From the NCBI GenBank assembly GCA_051294375.1, contig CM119269.1:10351056-10415055 (forward strand): DNA of 64,000 nt. Direction: 5' to 3'. Under the pieces are notes generated by a model. It ran no database searches, had not been told where the DNA came from, and saw only the letters and a list, made by a program, of their open reading frames with translations. This stretch comes from Paraspadella gotoi (taxonomy: Eukaryota; Animalia; Chaetognatha). This document shows positions 1-13,500 of this stretch, in pieces. The position numbers and the translations under genes are program-made. Within the stretch, counting starts at the first letter, position 1, and each line of letters opens with the position of its first letter.

Positions 1-1709
1 ATTAGAACTTGATGCCCACTCCAAATTAAAAAAACTGCTTAAAATATACTGCTTCTGTCATATTAAAAGAGGCTACTGAATTAAGTTAAAACCTTACAAA
101 GCATCCGAAGAATCAATATTTTATACATTTGACAACCTTAAAAATGTTCTAGTTGGGATTGTTTAAAACTTATTTGAATTTGTCCAAGGATAATATGTTA
201 TATCAGTTCAAACAATTAAATAGGCATGTTGATTTTTAAAAAAAAATTTTTTTTGTCTGTTATTTCATACATAATTTTTTAATATCAGTAAAATTTTTGG
301 ATTTTGCAAAAAGTAAGTAAATATAGCAGTCAGTATTTATTAAAAATAAAAGAAGTTATAAAATTATTATAATTGAGAATGATACAACCTGACCAGTAGT
401 ATTAAAAGCATCATGAACAATTAATTAATAATTATGTTTATTATGCTAAAAAAAAATTCAAAGTTAAAATTTTTTTCATATATTTAATTTTTATAAATTA
501 TATTTTCTATTGTCCAAAAATCATCATAATTAAACTTACTATATATTGTATTTTGAAGGCCTCATATTAGGTTAGGTAAGTCCTCTTATAATATAAATTT
601 TTCTTCAATCACTTTTGGCATAGTTATATTTTTTTTAATTTAAATTACCGTTGAAAAAAAATTAAAATAATATTTTAATAAAAAAATTAATTACAAATAA
701 CTATTAAAGATAGATATAATGGTTATGGACTCAAACGAAAGAAAATTGTTCATGGATTATGGATTGATGATGATATTTTCATTTTTTAAAAAAATTTAAA
801 CCCCATTTTTTTAATTTTTTTTATTCTAACTTTATTGATTTATATAGCTAATTTTAATATTTAATTTAATAAAAAAACTTGTCATTAGGAAAAATTTGAT
901 TACCCTTTTTTTGGTGTAGCCCCAAAAAGGTCCGCGAAACGTATCCCGGGACATCTCATTCTTTGTGCACTCCATGCCGATTAAATCGATTGTAAAAAGG
1001 AAAAACCGTGGAAAGTTATGATAACAAAAAAAAGGGATATCGAGCGAGAAGAGAATTTGAAGAGAAGAAGAGAGAAGAGACGACGGGAGAGAGAGAGAAT
1101 GAGAGATGAGGAGATGGAGAGAGAGATAGAGAAGAAAGAGAGGAGAAGAGAGAGAAGAGAGAGAGAGGAGAGAGAGGCGAGATGAAGAGACGAAAAGAGA
1201 AGCGGATCAATTTTTATTAAGACTCAGTGGAAACGTGGGTCGGGGATGGGTTGAGGGAAATGGAGTTGGGAGCCGACAGAAATATTCATTATATCGAATA
1301 GTGGGGACTGCTGGGTTTTTGACCCTCGAGGCAGAGGGAGCGGAGGGCGCAGTGGGAGCAGAGGGGACCCGGTTGTGCTCAATAGCAGTAAATTTTGCCA
1401 TTTTCAATTTCGACAACGACGATGGCGGCGCAGAAAAAGACGAAGACGGTCGAAAAGGCTGATATTTTTAACGAACAAATATTTATTAATTATTTCCTTC
1501 TTTCGATTCCTGTTTCAAAACGGTTTTCCCCGAACGAAGGCGGTTGTTTTGTTTCGTATTTTCTTCTTTAAAAACAGGATATAAGATTCATGGAGTTCGT
1601 CCATTTACAAGAAACAAAAAAACTAGCGATGGCAAAGAGAGAAGAATTTATGCCTCATGAAGGATATTTGAGAAGGAGCGAGGATTTTCTTTTATTTCTT
1701 TTTTATTTT

Positions 1710-1781
<72 letters not shown>

Positions 1782-2524
1782 TCCTTCTTTCCTTCTTTCC
1801 TTCTAAATTTCTCCTGAGAAGCAACATGACCTCCTTTTTTTCGCTTTCCATCCATCGACTTTTCTGCTTCCCACGTTCCCCCTCGACCTCACCTTCTACC
1901 TCACCCACTTCGACCGCAAAAATTCCATTTCCATTCCATTATATTCCGGATATGAACTAAAAAGAAAGAAAAGGAAGTAACCTACCTTCGCCCCGCCCGA
2001 CCGGTGTAAGTCGCCCTCGGTCGAAAGCTACTGCGACTTACTTTCTGCTTTAGAAGTCAAGTTAGCGCTTGGCCAAAAAATTTCTTCAACGTTGTGCGAC
2101 TCATTCGTAACTCATTATTTGTCTACATATTTCATCTTTCATGTTTTCATGGTGTAATATAAAGGAACTTTTGCGACTTTTTAAATTTCCATTTTGTATA
2201 TTCTTCGATTCCCTTTTTTTTTCCATCTGAGACTGAATAAGCATTTTTCTTTTTCCCTATTAGTTCCTTCGTTCTTTATTTTTTTTATTTCCCTTCTCAA
2301 TTTTTGCGCCTTTCCTCCTTGACTTTCCTCCCTCTCCGTTCTACTCTTCCTCTTCCTCCCATTTTTCTTCCTCCTCTTCCTCTTCCCATCTTTCATCTCT
2401 TCTGGCACCTTTCGGCCAAAATGGAAGCTTGACATGCAATCCCAACCTAAGCCCCTTCAAGTTTCAAACTCTTTTTATATTGACAATTTCGGATTGAAAA
2501 GAACCTGACCCAGAACTTTAATTT

Positions 2525-2563
<39 letters not shown>

Positions 2564-3042
2564 CTCTTCTCTCTCTCTCTCTCTCTCTTCTCTCTCCCTC
2601 CTCCCTCACCCCCCGCTCTTTCCAATACACCTCCACTACCCTGTATCGGTTGAGTCATATCAGTTAATTCATAGGGCAAAAACGAACTTATTATCACTGA
2701 TAAAAACAGCTGCCGCAGAAGACGTTAGCGGATAATAACTTTAGATTTAATAAACTTCCCCAAGAGTTAAAGGCGAACAAAAGGAAACTTTTAAAAAGTT
2801 GTCGTATGATACAAATCGTTAGTAATAAAGACCTTAACGCCGGCAAAATGGTTATCTAATGAACTTAAAAAAGTTAGATAGTTTAGTTTATCTTCTCTGT
2901 GCAAGGTTAAGAATAAAAGAAAAATCGATGAATTTTTAATAAACTTTGCAGGTTTAATCGGAAATAAACCCAATAAATTTTAAATAATTAAATAACGTTT
3001 AATCACAGTTAAAACAGTTTAAAAACTTTGTTTTAAATTTAG

Positions 3043-3205
3043 GGGCCGCATCGTCCTCGGCTACGTTGAGCGAGAATTCTCTTCGAAGGGCGGATATGAT
3101 CTCCTGCATCCCGATGACCTCACTTACTACGCCACGGCACACCAAGAATGTTAGTTTCGATTGATCATTCTGGATGAAAAAATATAATATAATATAATAA
3201 TAATA

Positions 3206-3243
<38 letters not shown>

Positions 3244-6200
3244 GTAATAAAGTTGAATAAAAATCGACAAAGTATTTACATTATATTTTTTATTGTATAA
3301 TGGGAAGAGGGATTTTACTATTCTCTTCGGGTAATAAAGGGATCATGTGATATGCATAATGTGACAGGTAATAAAACTATAATTTCTTATCATTCCCGAA
3401 CGATAAGCTCAGGAAAACTAAAGAAAAACAAAAGAAATTAGTTTTTAACTGACACTTTCTGCAACCCGTGCTTCCCTCCAGTGCTAAAAACGGGTTCCTC
3501 CGGCCTGGTCGCCTACCGATGGCAAACAAAAGACTCTCGATGGCAATGGCTTCAAACATCGATGAGGGTCGTCTACAAAAACAACAAACCCGATTACGTC
3601 CTCTGCACGCATCGCCCTCTGACGGAGGACGAAGGGAGGGACCTCTTCGGAAAGAGAGGTGCCTAATTTCTATTGTTTATTATATATTTATTTTTATTCT
3701 CAAGAATTTTAAAATCCCCGTTTTTAATATCAGTTTTAATATCCCTTTCTCAAAACCAGGGACGGAATTCAAACTTCCTTACCCTTTTATCGATCTCGAC
3801 GGGAGCCTCACCCTCTCGGCGGCGACCCACAGCAGCGACGCCAGCGACGACTTCGTCTCCAAAGTGAAGGCCCAGCGATCGAGGAAGAGCAACAACAAGA
3901 CGGCGACTTCCGCCGCGTCGACGACGGCGACGACGTCAGCCGCCACGTCGGCGCCGCCAGCAAAGAAGCACAAGAGCGGAGCCGCGTCGTCGGCGTGTGC
4001 TGCGGCGGCGACGCCCGGCGCCACTATCATCATTCAGCCGCAGGATCAACAGCACGCGATCCTTCTGAAGCCGGAACTGATTTCGCCGGCGCCGACCGGA
4101 GCGGCGCTGTCACCGTCGAACGGTGGGCGTTTATCTATCTATTTATTTTTTTCTGTTTTTTTTTTCTATTTTTTTTTAAATTTTTTTCCCCCGCAAATTT
4201 CTCCAATCGCCCTCTACCAGGTTACGCCTCCCCCAACTCTTCCTTCGCCGTCGTCCAACCCGACGTCAAACCCGAAATGATGTACACCTACGCGACTCCG
4301 GCCTACGCCGCCGCCGCCGCAGCCGCCGGACAGACGGGAGATCTCTACAGCACCAATCACGTCGCCTACAGCGACGTTCTCACCAACCAAATGTATTCTA
4401 CCTTCGCCGCTGCGCAGACGGACCCGGCCGCCGCCGCCGCGGCAGCAGCAGCCGCGGCCGCCGGCTACGATTCTCACAAGGTACCTTACCAGAACTCGTC
4501 GGCGGCGGGTGCCTCGGCGGCGACGGCGGTATACGCCATCGACCCCATCAAACACCCCTATACCCACACCCTTCAGTACCACGCCTCCAACGCCTCTTAT
4601 TCCGATCTCCTCCAGCAGTCGTCGAAAATTCCTTTCGACGCCTCCAGGTTGATAGGGCGGTAGGGGAGGGGGCGGTGTCGAAGAGAGTAAGCGAATTAGC
4701 GCATTTAAATTTAAAAAAAAACTAAAAACTAATCTTTTTTATGTCATGTTATCTTAAAAAATCACTTATTCATGAAAATTTATAGAGATTTATAAAGCGT
4801 TTTATTTGGCCTACAGCATTTTTCCAAATGTTGATGTCGATGTTCACCGATGACATAAATTTGAATTTTCTTTTTAGGTTTTCTCCCAATTCATACTCTT
4901 CACAAGAGGATCTCTCCAAGTACGCTCCCGCTACTTACCCGGCGGGTGAGTTTCATTTTTTTCCCATAGCGGAAAAGTAAAAAAGTCTTCGTGATTTTTT
5001 ACTCCCAACCTCATTTCCTATTTTTTTNNNNNNNNNNTTCCTTTCCTTCCTCCCTTCCCTTCCCTTCTACCCTTCTTCCCTTCTTCCCTTCCCTTCCTCC
5101 ACTCTCCAGCCTACACCGCCACCGGTTACGAACTGATCAGCGGCGGCTCCGCCGCGGCCGCCCTCAGCGCCGCCGCCGCCGCCGCCGTGGCGTCCGGCGA
5201 GTCTTCCGTCCTCGTGACGCCGTCTTCCGTCCAAATCCCCGCTTCCATGGCGCCGTTTTCGGCGTTTCTTCGGCCACCGGCGTCGTTGTCGTCGTCGCCT
5301 AAACTCGAAGAGGGCGTGGAGCCAGCGCCGAACGTGATCGTGCAACAGATCGCTCCCGGCGACGTTATTCGCGTGGAGGGCGTGCCCGGGGTCGCCGGGG
5401 TCGTTTCCGCCACGCCGCCGGAAATCGTTCACCAGGAGGCGATCGAATCTCACCACGTCTACGGCTCCGTGATCCACGGGAACGCGGGCGTCGTCGCCCC
5501 GGCGGGTTCCATCGGCGCTGCTCTTCCGGCGCTTCACGACGCCGGCGCTCCTAACGGCGTCGTCACGCCCACATCTTGCATGACTCCGACTCGCGGCGCC
5601 ATGCCCATGTCCTCCTACTTGCCGGCGGTCAGTGCGGCGTCTAACGACGACGCCGGGGGAACGATGACGCCGGCTGCGTCCTGTGGCAGCGACGCCGCTT
5701 CGCCACATCACAACTATTCGCCGCTTAAGTTGTCGCCGCAAGAGGGCGCCACGGTTGCGCTGACGACCGTAGCGTCCATGGCGTCAGCGTCAATGGCGCC
5801 GGCGACACAATACGACGCTGGCGCAGCGGCTTTCGTCATCTCGGACGGCGTCATCAAGGCGGCGCCGACCTCCGTTATTCAGCAAACGGGGCATTTGCAG
5901 CAGCATCACCAGCATCATCATCAACAGCAGCATCAGCCTCAAGATATGCACCATCAACACATGCAGCACTTTCACGGGGACAGCATACAAGTTCCTGTAG
6001 TCAAAACGTCTGCTTGGGCAAGATCCTCTCCCACCACTTATGAAAGTAAAATTTTAATAGTAAAATTCTAAAGATTATTACCTAATAATAATAATAATAA
6101 TAAGTTAAATTGGATTTGGTTAATCTACTTCTCGCACCCGTTACAAACCACGATTTCCCAACTAGGTCCCGAACACTGGACGCATCAACAGACACAAGAG

Positions 6201-7108
6201 ATGGTTGTTGCTCAGAGCTTACACTATCAACATCAACAGCAGCAGCAGCAGCAGCAGATGCAGCAGTTTGTCAATAATTCGTCGCCGCGCGCCGCCGCCA
6301 CGGCCAACGACGTTGCTTCCGAGGTGAGATTAATTTACGGTAAAATATTTGAAGAAACACAAGTTCATTTTTTAGAGGAAATAAAGCGAAAAATGTATTT
6401 GAAATACGTACAACTTTAAATACGCGCCGCACTCAATAATTTATTTCTTTTTTTTTTCGTCGCACGAAGCATAAAGCGATGGTTTGATATAAAAAACTAA
6501 ACAACAATTAAGTTAAAAAAAAAAAAAAAACTACTTTCTACCCAGACCACCGCTTTCTAATTTACTTCTACTAACTGCATTTATTTATAAAAAAAGAAGA
6601 TTCACTCTTCACACAGATTCACATTTACTCACTTCGAACTTCCTCTCTCTCTCCTCCCTGGCCGACTGCCTCTCCCCCTCCTTTCGCACCGGACGCCTCA
6701 CCTCCACTCCCCTCTGCACTTCCCCCATCTCCCTACCCCCCCTACCCGCCCCCGTCGCGCCATGCCCACAACTGTCTCCTTCGCCCCCGGCAGCGAAACT
6801 TTTACTTCGCTTCCTTCCAGGCGTCAACGATTCCGGTTTCGACCACCGGCGGCGCTGAGGGCGAATCGCTCGACCTCAAGTGTCACGTTGCCGCGGTGAG
6901 AACGATGAGGGGTTGCGGTGTTACGTTGTGTTTGTTTTTTTCTCATTCGACTTTTCACGCTTCCGTTTTCCTCCGCTAGATGTCGCAAGCTCTGCCATCG
7001 GCGTCGCACCCAGCCTCGATTCCATCCACTCCCGCCTCCGTCACCGTCGTTGACTCCAATCCGCTCCTCTCCTTCTCCGAAGTGACGCATACGTTGCTTA
7101 CCGAATGA
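3043..7108 (+). CDS. AHR: Aryl hydrocarbon receptor / spineless-like bHLH-PAS transcription factor, 3' part only (PAS-B/PAC plus low-complexity C-terminal region). The bHLH and PAS-A exons are presumably upstream of the window.
   Basis: GT-AG exons at about 3043-3149 (GRIVLGYVEREFSSKGGYDLLHPDDLTYYATAHQE), 3482-3658 (LLKTGSSGLVAYRWQTKDSRWQWLQTSMRVVYKNNKPDYVLCTHRPLTEDEGRDLFGKR), 3760-4122, 4221-4647, 4878-4945, 5110-6045, 6166-6323, 6821-6895 and 6980-7108 (ends PLLSFSEVTHTLLTE*). The PAS-B/PAC peptide matches the AhR/spineless pattern. Exon phases join without frameshift. The tail is Ala/His/Gln rich. Confidence 0.88.
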
Positions 7109-8739
7109 CGCGTCGCGACGTCGGTCTACGAAACTTACCAAAAATAAAGCGGAGTCGGGCATCCCATTTAATTTACGAATAAACAAATGAACAAAGGGAA
7201 AAACGATCGGAAAACCGGAATTGACTACAAGCCTGGAATAATGTAGAGGACAAAAACAAACATCGTTAACAACCGTGCCATCATTTTATATAGTTATCAG
7301 ATATATATAACTTACAGTTTATATGTATATTCATCATTATTTCACCCCACGCACACTTAAGTAGGCCTGTGTTACTGTTTTTTTTTTCATTTCCGCATCG
7401 CTACGGTCCTGTACTTTAGAATTCCAGAAACGCACTCCCAAAGACTTTCTCGTCCAGTTTGTTTTCTTTTTATTTAGTTTTGATGTGTATTTTTTTCTCG
7501 TCTCACTTATGTTAACGGATTTAATACATTTTAATTCATTAATTCATCACGTGATATCGTTAATAACATTAATCGCGGAGCACTCGTTTTCGGAATTTAT
7601 TTAAAAAAGCAAATTTTCGACAATTTCCGGACTTTTTGCAACTAATTTAATTATTAATTTTTTGTTTTTAATTATTTTTTTCCCTTATTTTTCTTGAAAG
7701 CTTTATTTTGATTAGTTTCTTTGATTCTATGTACAATTTTTCTCACATAGAAACTCTTCAGTAGAAAATTAAAAAAAATAAGTATCATTTGAACAATCAT
7801 TCCACTCTTATCTTGGGCGGATAGGCCGGAAAATTGTTTAAATGTTTTTTATACTCTAAAAAGAACTCTTTTCCCGGTCAATTTTGTACGGGTTCCTTAT
7901 AATCCATTTCATTAAACTTTAAAACCAACTTTAAAAACCTTGATTAAATATCAATTTAATTTGAAGAGAAAAATCTACAATAACAACGTAGAAATGAAGG
8001 AAAATAATTTTAATTTTCTCTAAGTACTTTTACTTCGAGTCGATTCGAAACCCTTAACTTCATTTTTTTGTAAGTGTATTTATTTTTCCTGCATGTTTTT
8101 TCTATACGAATAATAAATGCCATAACAGTATGCGTAATCAAAATGTGTCTTTACTTTACTAGTAATAAGATTTAGGTGTAGAAAAAGTATTTTGTAAGAT
8201 CCATAATCCAAAAACAGTATAACAAAAGTACAAGTTCGCTGAATAGTGCAATTTTCAAATTTTCAAATTTCTAATTTTGTGTATAGAATTTCGATTTCGT
8301 TGCTTTTGGAAATTAGGAAGAAAAACTATTTTGATTTGTTTTAAAAAATTTGTCTTGTTAAAAAACAAATCAGAATTGTTTTTCTTCCTAATTGTTAATT
8401 TTAAAACTTTACTATTTTACTTCTGTTTCAGTATAAATTTTTTTTAAAATAGAAAAAAAAATCAACATTAATTGCAACGTGCACATTCTTGTCTCCGGTG
8501 ACATTTTTTTAGGAAAAAAAATCAAACTGTTAAATGTTGCGCTCGATCATTTGCTACTTAACCCCGTCATATAACATATATTACTTATTAGTCATATGCG
8601 TTTTGACTCCCGTCGTTTCTGAGTGTATGACCTCTGCAAACATTTGTTGTTCGTTGCTATTTTTGAGAGCCCCAATTTATTTTCTTTACAGTGAACTTAA
8701 TTTTAATTTAAATATTTAATTTTAATTTTAATCTTTAAT

Positions 8740-8990
8740 CCTAATCACTAACCCTTATTCCTAATCCTAACCCTAATCTCAATATTTTCAATGATTTTTC
8801 CCGATTTAAAAGTATCTCCCTGGGTGTTCTGTTTTTGATTTTTGTCCTCAATCAATTTTGTCGCATTTGAGTAAAAACGCTCATAAATCCTTGTCCCCCA
8901 ACCCTAAACCTTTACTGCATAACCCTAATTCTTAACCTAATCATAAACCAAATCCTTAACATACTCTTTAACCATAACCTATATTTCCAA
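8740..8990. repeat. Degenerate TAACCC/CCTAA-like array, probably internal to a dispersed repeat
   Basis: Repeated cctaa/aaccct/aatcct units such as ctaatcctaaccctaatc. Imperfect and interstitial. Confidence 0.4.
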
Positions 8991-10510
8991 TTTTTAAGCA
9001 AATCTTAATGTACAAAAATTCGGCGTGAATTTAGGCTGAAATGGGGCGCTGTTGGAAAATATGGCCACAACAACCAAATTATCAAATTCGCCTCAAAACA
9101 ACAACAACAAAAAAAGAACAACAACATATATATAAACAGAAGAAAGCTTTATAAAAAAAGGAAAACAAAGTTATTTGAAATCTAGCAGATCCGAATTCCT
9201 TATAATTGATAATGGCCATAATCGTTTTGCAGCAATTTTTTTTTCTCTTGCTCTCTGCTTATTTAATTTTAGGCTCGCCTCGAGCGGAGCTGTTGGACTC
9301 AAATTTTTGAAGAACCACTGAAACTGTCGACTTGTTTAATAAAACAGGTTTATACTCTAATTTTAATTGATTTTCATTGCGTATTAATTTATATTAAATC
9401 TTTTTATGCAGATCACGTGATATTATTATAAAAGTTAACATTCTAAAAGTTACTTTTCGGTCGGTCCTTCTGTCTCTTTGTACATTGGTCACTGGTCACT
9501 GGTCACTGGTCACTGGTCAGTTCCACCTAGGTTTTAAAAGCTTAAAACTCAGGTATTTCGTGTCAAATAAGTACATATTTGGTTGAAAGGTAAGGTACCA
9601 TTAGACATTTGATGTGCAATTTACTAAATAGGAATCAAACAGAGATCTAATAAACAATAATATATTTCTTGTGCTTATGTTTTATACTTATGTAATCATG
9701 TGATCATTCAAATATATATTAAATATTATAATAAAGTCACAACGGCGCAACCTTTGAAAAATGAACATTCCAATTCTTGTTCTTGTTAATTATTCGTTCT
9801 GTCGCTTTGTAGAGGGGAGAGCGTTGCTAATTAAATAAAAAAATCTCTCTTTCTTTCTCTTTATCTCTATTTCTTTTTCTTTATTTTTCTTTCTTTATTA
9901 AAAATAAAAAATATTTTTATATGGTTTTTTAACCTTAATACTTTCCTGTTGTCAATGGATCGGGATAAGAGGAATTTGTTTTGCTGTACGCACAAAGTTT
10001 GAGTTATACATATTCTCTCATTTATATTGGGTATTATCTTCTCGATTTATGCCATAAATTATGGCAGTAATAAAAAACATCAAAAATTAAATAAGCCAAA
10101 TCGAACACAAGCTTTTATATAAAAATTGAACGAAAAACCGAAACATAAGAATAAAAAAAAATATCTCTTTTTTGATATTGAATTTTGTGCAAAATATTAA
10201 TAAAGAAAAAATGCGCGAAGACAAACTATTAAGTAAACTTACTAAATAAATTATTATAGAAGAGGTATACACCCCCCAATGTAAATCAATTAAAATTATT
10301 CATTCATATAATTAATGAGCGAAAACTCACTATGGATTTACACTGATTAATAAACTTATAATAAAACAGCATCTAAATCTCCGGCTCACAGGGGTCCTTA
10401 AAACCAGGCCCTTGGCCTTGATTGATTAACGATGTTTGATTGTGTCCACTGATAGTTTACGCTTTTATTTGCGTTTTTCATTTAAGGATTTACAAACTTG
10501 GCTATCAAAC

Positions 10511-13500
10511 ATGGAGGTCGGATTCGGCATCGTCGATTACGTGATATTCAGCGGGACTTTGGTCGCATCAATGTTAATAGGTGGGACGACAAGAGGTGTA
10601 AGTTTAAACAATATTTTTTTTATGATATTATACATTAATCAAAAAGTAGGAAAAAAAATATCGGTCAGTCGAACAGACTCGCAGCTCAGTGAGATAAGAG
10701 AAATATTTAGATTGGATTTTTTAATTTTATTTATGTAGTAACAATATATTTGCCTACAATAAGAAAAAAATTCAATGACAATACGTACAACAACAAAATG
10801 CACAAGGATGTCCTTTAATATATTTATTTATTTATTTATTTATTTATTTATCGTTTGAGGCGTTTACCACGCTTACGTTCATCGCCACGGCGACGCCAAC
10901 GACTACCTGTTGGCGGGCGGCGACCAGTCGGCGATCCCGGTGGCGCTATCTCTCACCGCCACGCTGATTTCCGCCGTGACTACGCTCGGCTTTCCCGCTG
11001 AGGTGAAGCCGTGGGGTAGGGGGAGGGGAAGTTTAGGCAAGAAATGGTAGAGGGAGACAAGGATAATGATCAGGATATCATTTAGAAACTAATCATCAAT
11101 CAACACTCTGAACCTACCCGTTTTTGTTTTGTAGTTTTATCAATTTTATATGAAACGAATATCCGAAGCGACCGACCGAAGTGTTTTCTTCTAAAAATTT
11201 GTTTAAAGCTGTTCAAACTGATTAAGCCACGTCCTTAAAGGTCTTCCTGAAGGGCATGACGGTTGCCGGTTACGCCGGGGGGTCTCTCATCGGAGTCGTC
11301 GTCGCCGCCCTCTTCACCGTCCCCGTTTTCTTTCCCCTAAAATTCACTTCCATTTATTCTTATCTCGAGACGAGATTTCAAAGTCCCATCGTCAAGAAAA
11401 TCGCCGTCTTCAGCTTTTTTGTTCAGGTCCGTACGTTTCTGAATGACAGAGGCAATTTTTACCGGATGACGCTAAATGAGATGATGTGGCGAATCCTAAA
11501 TTTTCCTCCCGTATAACTTGTCCATTGGCTTGGACACCTAATTCATCGTTCACCGACCGTAGTTTCCGGGTTCAATCCCCTCACGGTTTACGCTGATTAA
11601 AGTGTTGACATAAACAAGCCATTAACAGCAAGCAGATCCAAAACCCTGGGCGCCCACTCTCCGGAGATGATTCAACCCTGGGTGTCACAAATGTTTCCCC
11701 GTTGCCGTAATAAAGTAGTGTTTTGTACAGTCTTGTGCAAAAAAAAAAAAAAAAAAAAAAAAGAAAAAGAAAATAAAAAAGAATACCCCACACAGTATTT
11801 TTTGCAGAAGATTGTATTACAGAACGATTAAACGTTGCGGCAAAGAACTCTATTGTCCCTTCTATCTCTCGCTCTTTTTTTCCCCTTCTATTCCTTTATA
11901 CTTTGCACTTTTCCCCACTCCTGTCTACGCACCCACTTTTTACTACTCCCCCCACCTGATCTCTTCCTCCCCATTTCCCCATTCACCCCTCTCCCACTTC
12001 TTTACCCAAGATGCATTTCTACATGGGCGTCTGCCTCTTCGGCCCAGCGGCGGCGCTCAACTCGGTCACGCCCATTCCCTCCTCCCTCGCGATCCTCATG
12101 TGTGGCGTCGTCTGTACGGCCTACACGTCCATCGGCGGGATGCGGTCCGTGCTGTGGACGGACACGTTTCAGTCGGCGACGATGTTCGCGGGGCTTATCG
12201 CGGTGCTGGCGATGGGGGGCCGCGCCTTTGATGGATTCGGCAACATCGTCAAGGCCAACGTGGTGGCAAGGAGACTGGAGGTGCTGCAATTGATACAATT
12301 TAATAGTTCTTGTCAGAAAAATAACTTATAAATTCTTTTTTAATAGCTTTCACAGGAAATTAAATATAAAAAAATTGGCCTCAAATTAAACAGATTATAT
12401 CTAATATAAAAATAATCCGGCATATCTATCAAAATTAGTATCATGACACCTAATGACCAAAAGTAATTTAATAACAGGTCCCTCATAAGTTCTGGTCGTT
12501 CGACCCGACAATACGCCACACTCTCTTTTCCACGCTCCTCGGAAGTTCCTTCATTTGGATGATGAGTATTGGATCGTCTCAATCCATTACTCAGAGAATA
12601 CTCTGCCTGAAAAATCCGAGAAAGGCCATTCTAACGGTAAAATTATCTTTTTTAAATAGTATTATTATGGATGGTCTTTATGTGTAAATCCGTTCTGTTT
12701 TACTGTGTTTGTAGATTATAAGACAGTTTAATTATTTGCAACAACAATTTATTATTAAAAGACGAACATGTTTCGGCTCGAATTCGAGCCTTCATCAGGT
12801 CTTTATAAAACTTTCGCAAAATTGTTACATACCTTTTGAGTTTTGTTTTTTAGCTCCGGTTGAAGCGACCTCTATTCTTGGTATGCCGCTTTTACACAAC
12901 AAAAGAACAGTTTTTATGATTGTTTCTCAGTTACTCAATATTGTTTTTGTTTTTATTTTTTACTATTAATAATACAATTTTTAACCCTATACTAAGATCG
13001 TTAACCAAATCAAAAAGAATAAGATAAAAAAAAAAGAAAGTGACAAAAAAACCCCTCAGTCCTCGGCCAAATAACTTGTAACTTTCTCCCAAAGACCTGT
13101 GCGGCCGCACCCATGTACGCCTTCTTCATGGTGATCGGGATGCTCTGTGGACTCGTCCTCTGCATTTCCTTCATTTTCTGCGATCCGCTTAAGACGGGTG
13201 TCCTCTCCAACCAAAACCAACTGCTTCCTTTCTTGGTGGCGCAATCATTTGGAAGCGTTCCCGGTCTCGCGGGTAAGGGGCTGTTAGAATTTTATTTGTA
13301 GTTCATTAATTGATTAATTAATTAATTGATTCTGAGTCCTTAGGTCCGTTGGTCTTGCTGGGGCGCAGTTGTTCTTCTTTCTTCTTGGGAGGCCGTTGAT
13401 CTGCCCCCAGAAGCCTTGTTACACTCCTTTTTATAGAAAAACTTTGCCTGCCCCTTCCTCTCTTAGATCGACGTATGTGCTGGGCAGGAAAACACTAAAC

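Noticed and set aside
4214-5990. Arg/Gly-rich antisense and alternative-frame ORFs over AhR exons (similar ones over RtcB)
   Set aside because: Shadow ORFs caused by the GC-rich codon usage of the real exons.
8740-8990. Telomere or chromosome-fusion site
   Set aside because: Repeats are degenerate, short and in one orientation, which is more typical of transposon-internal arrays.
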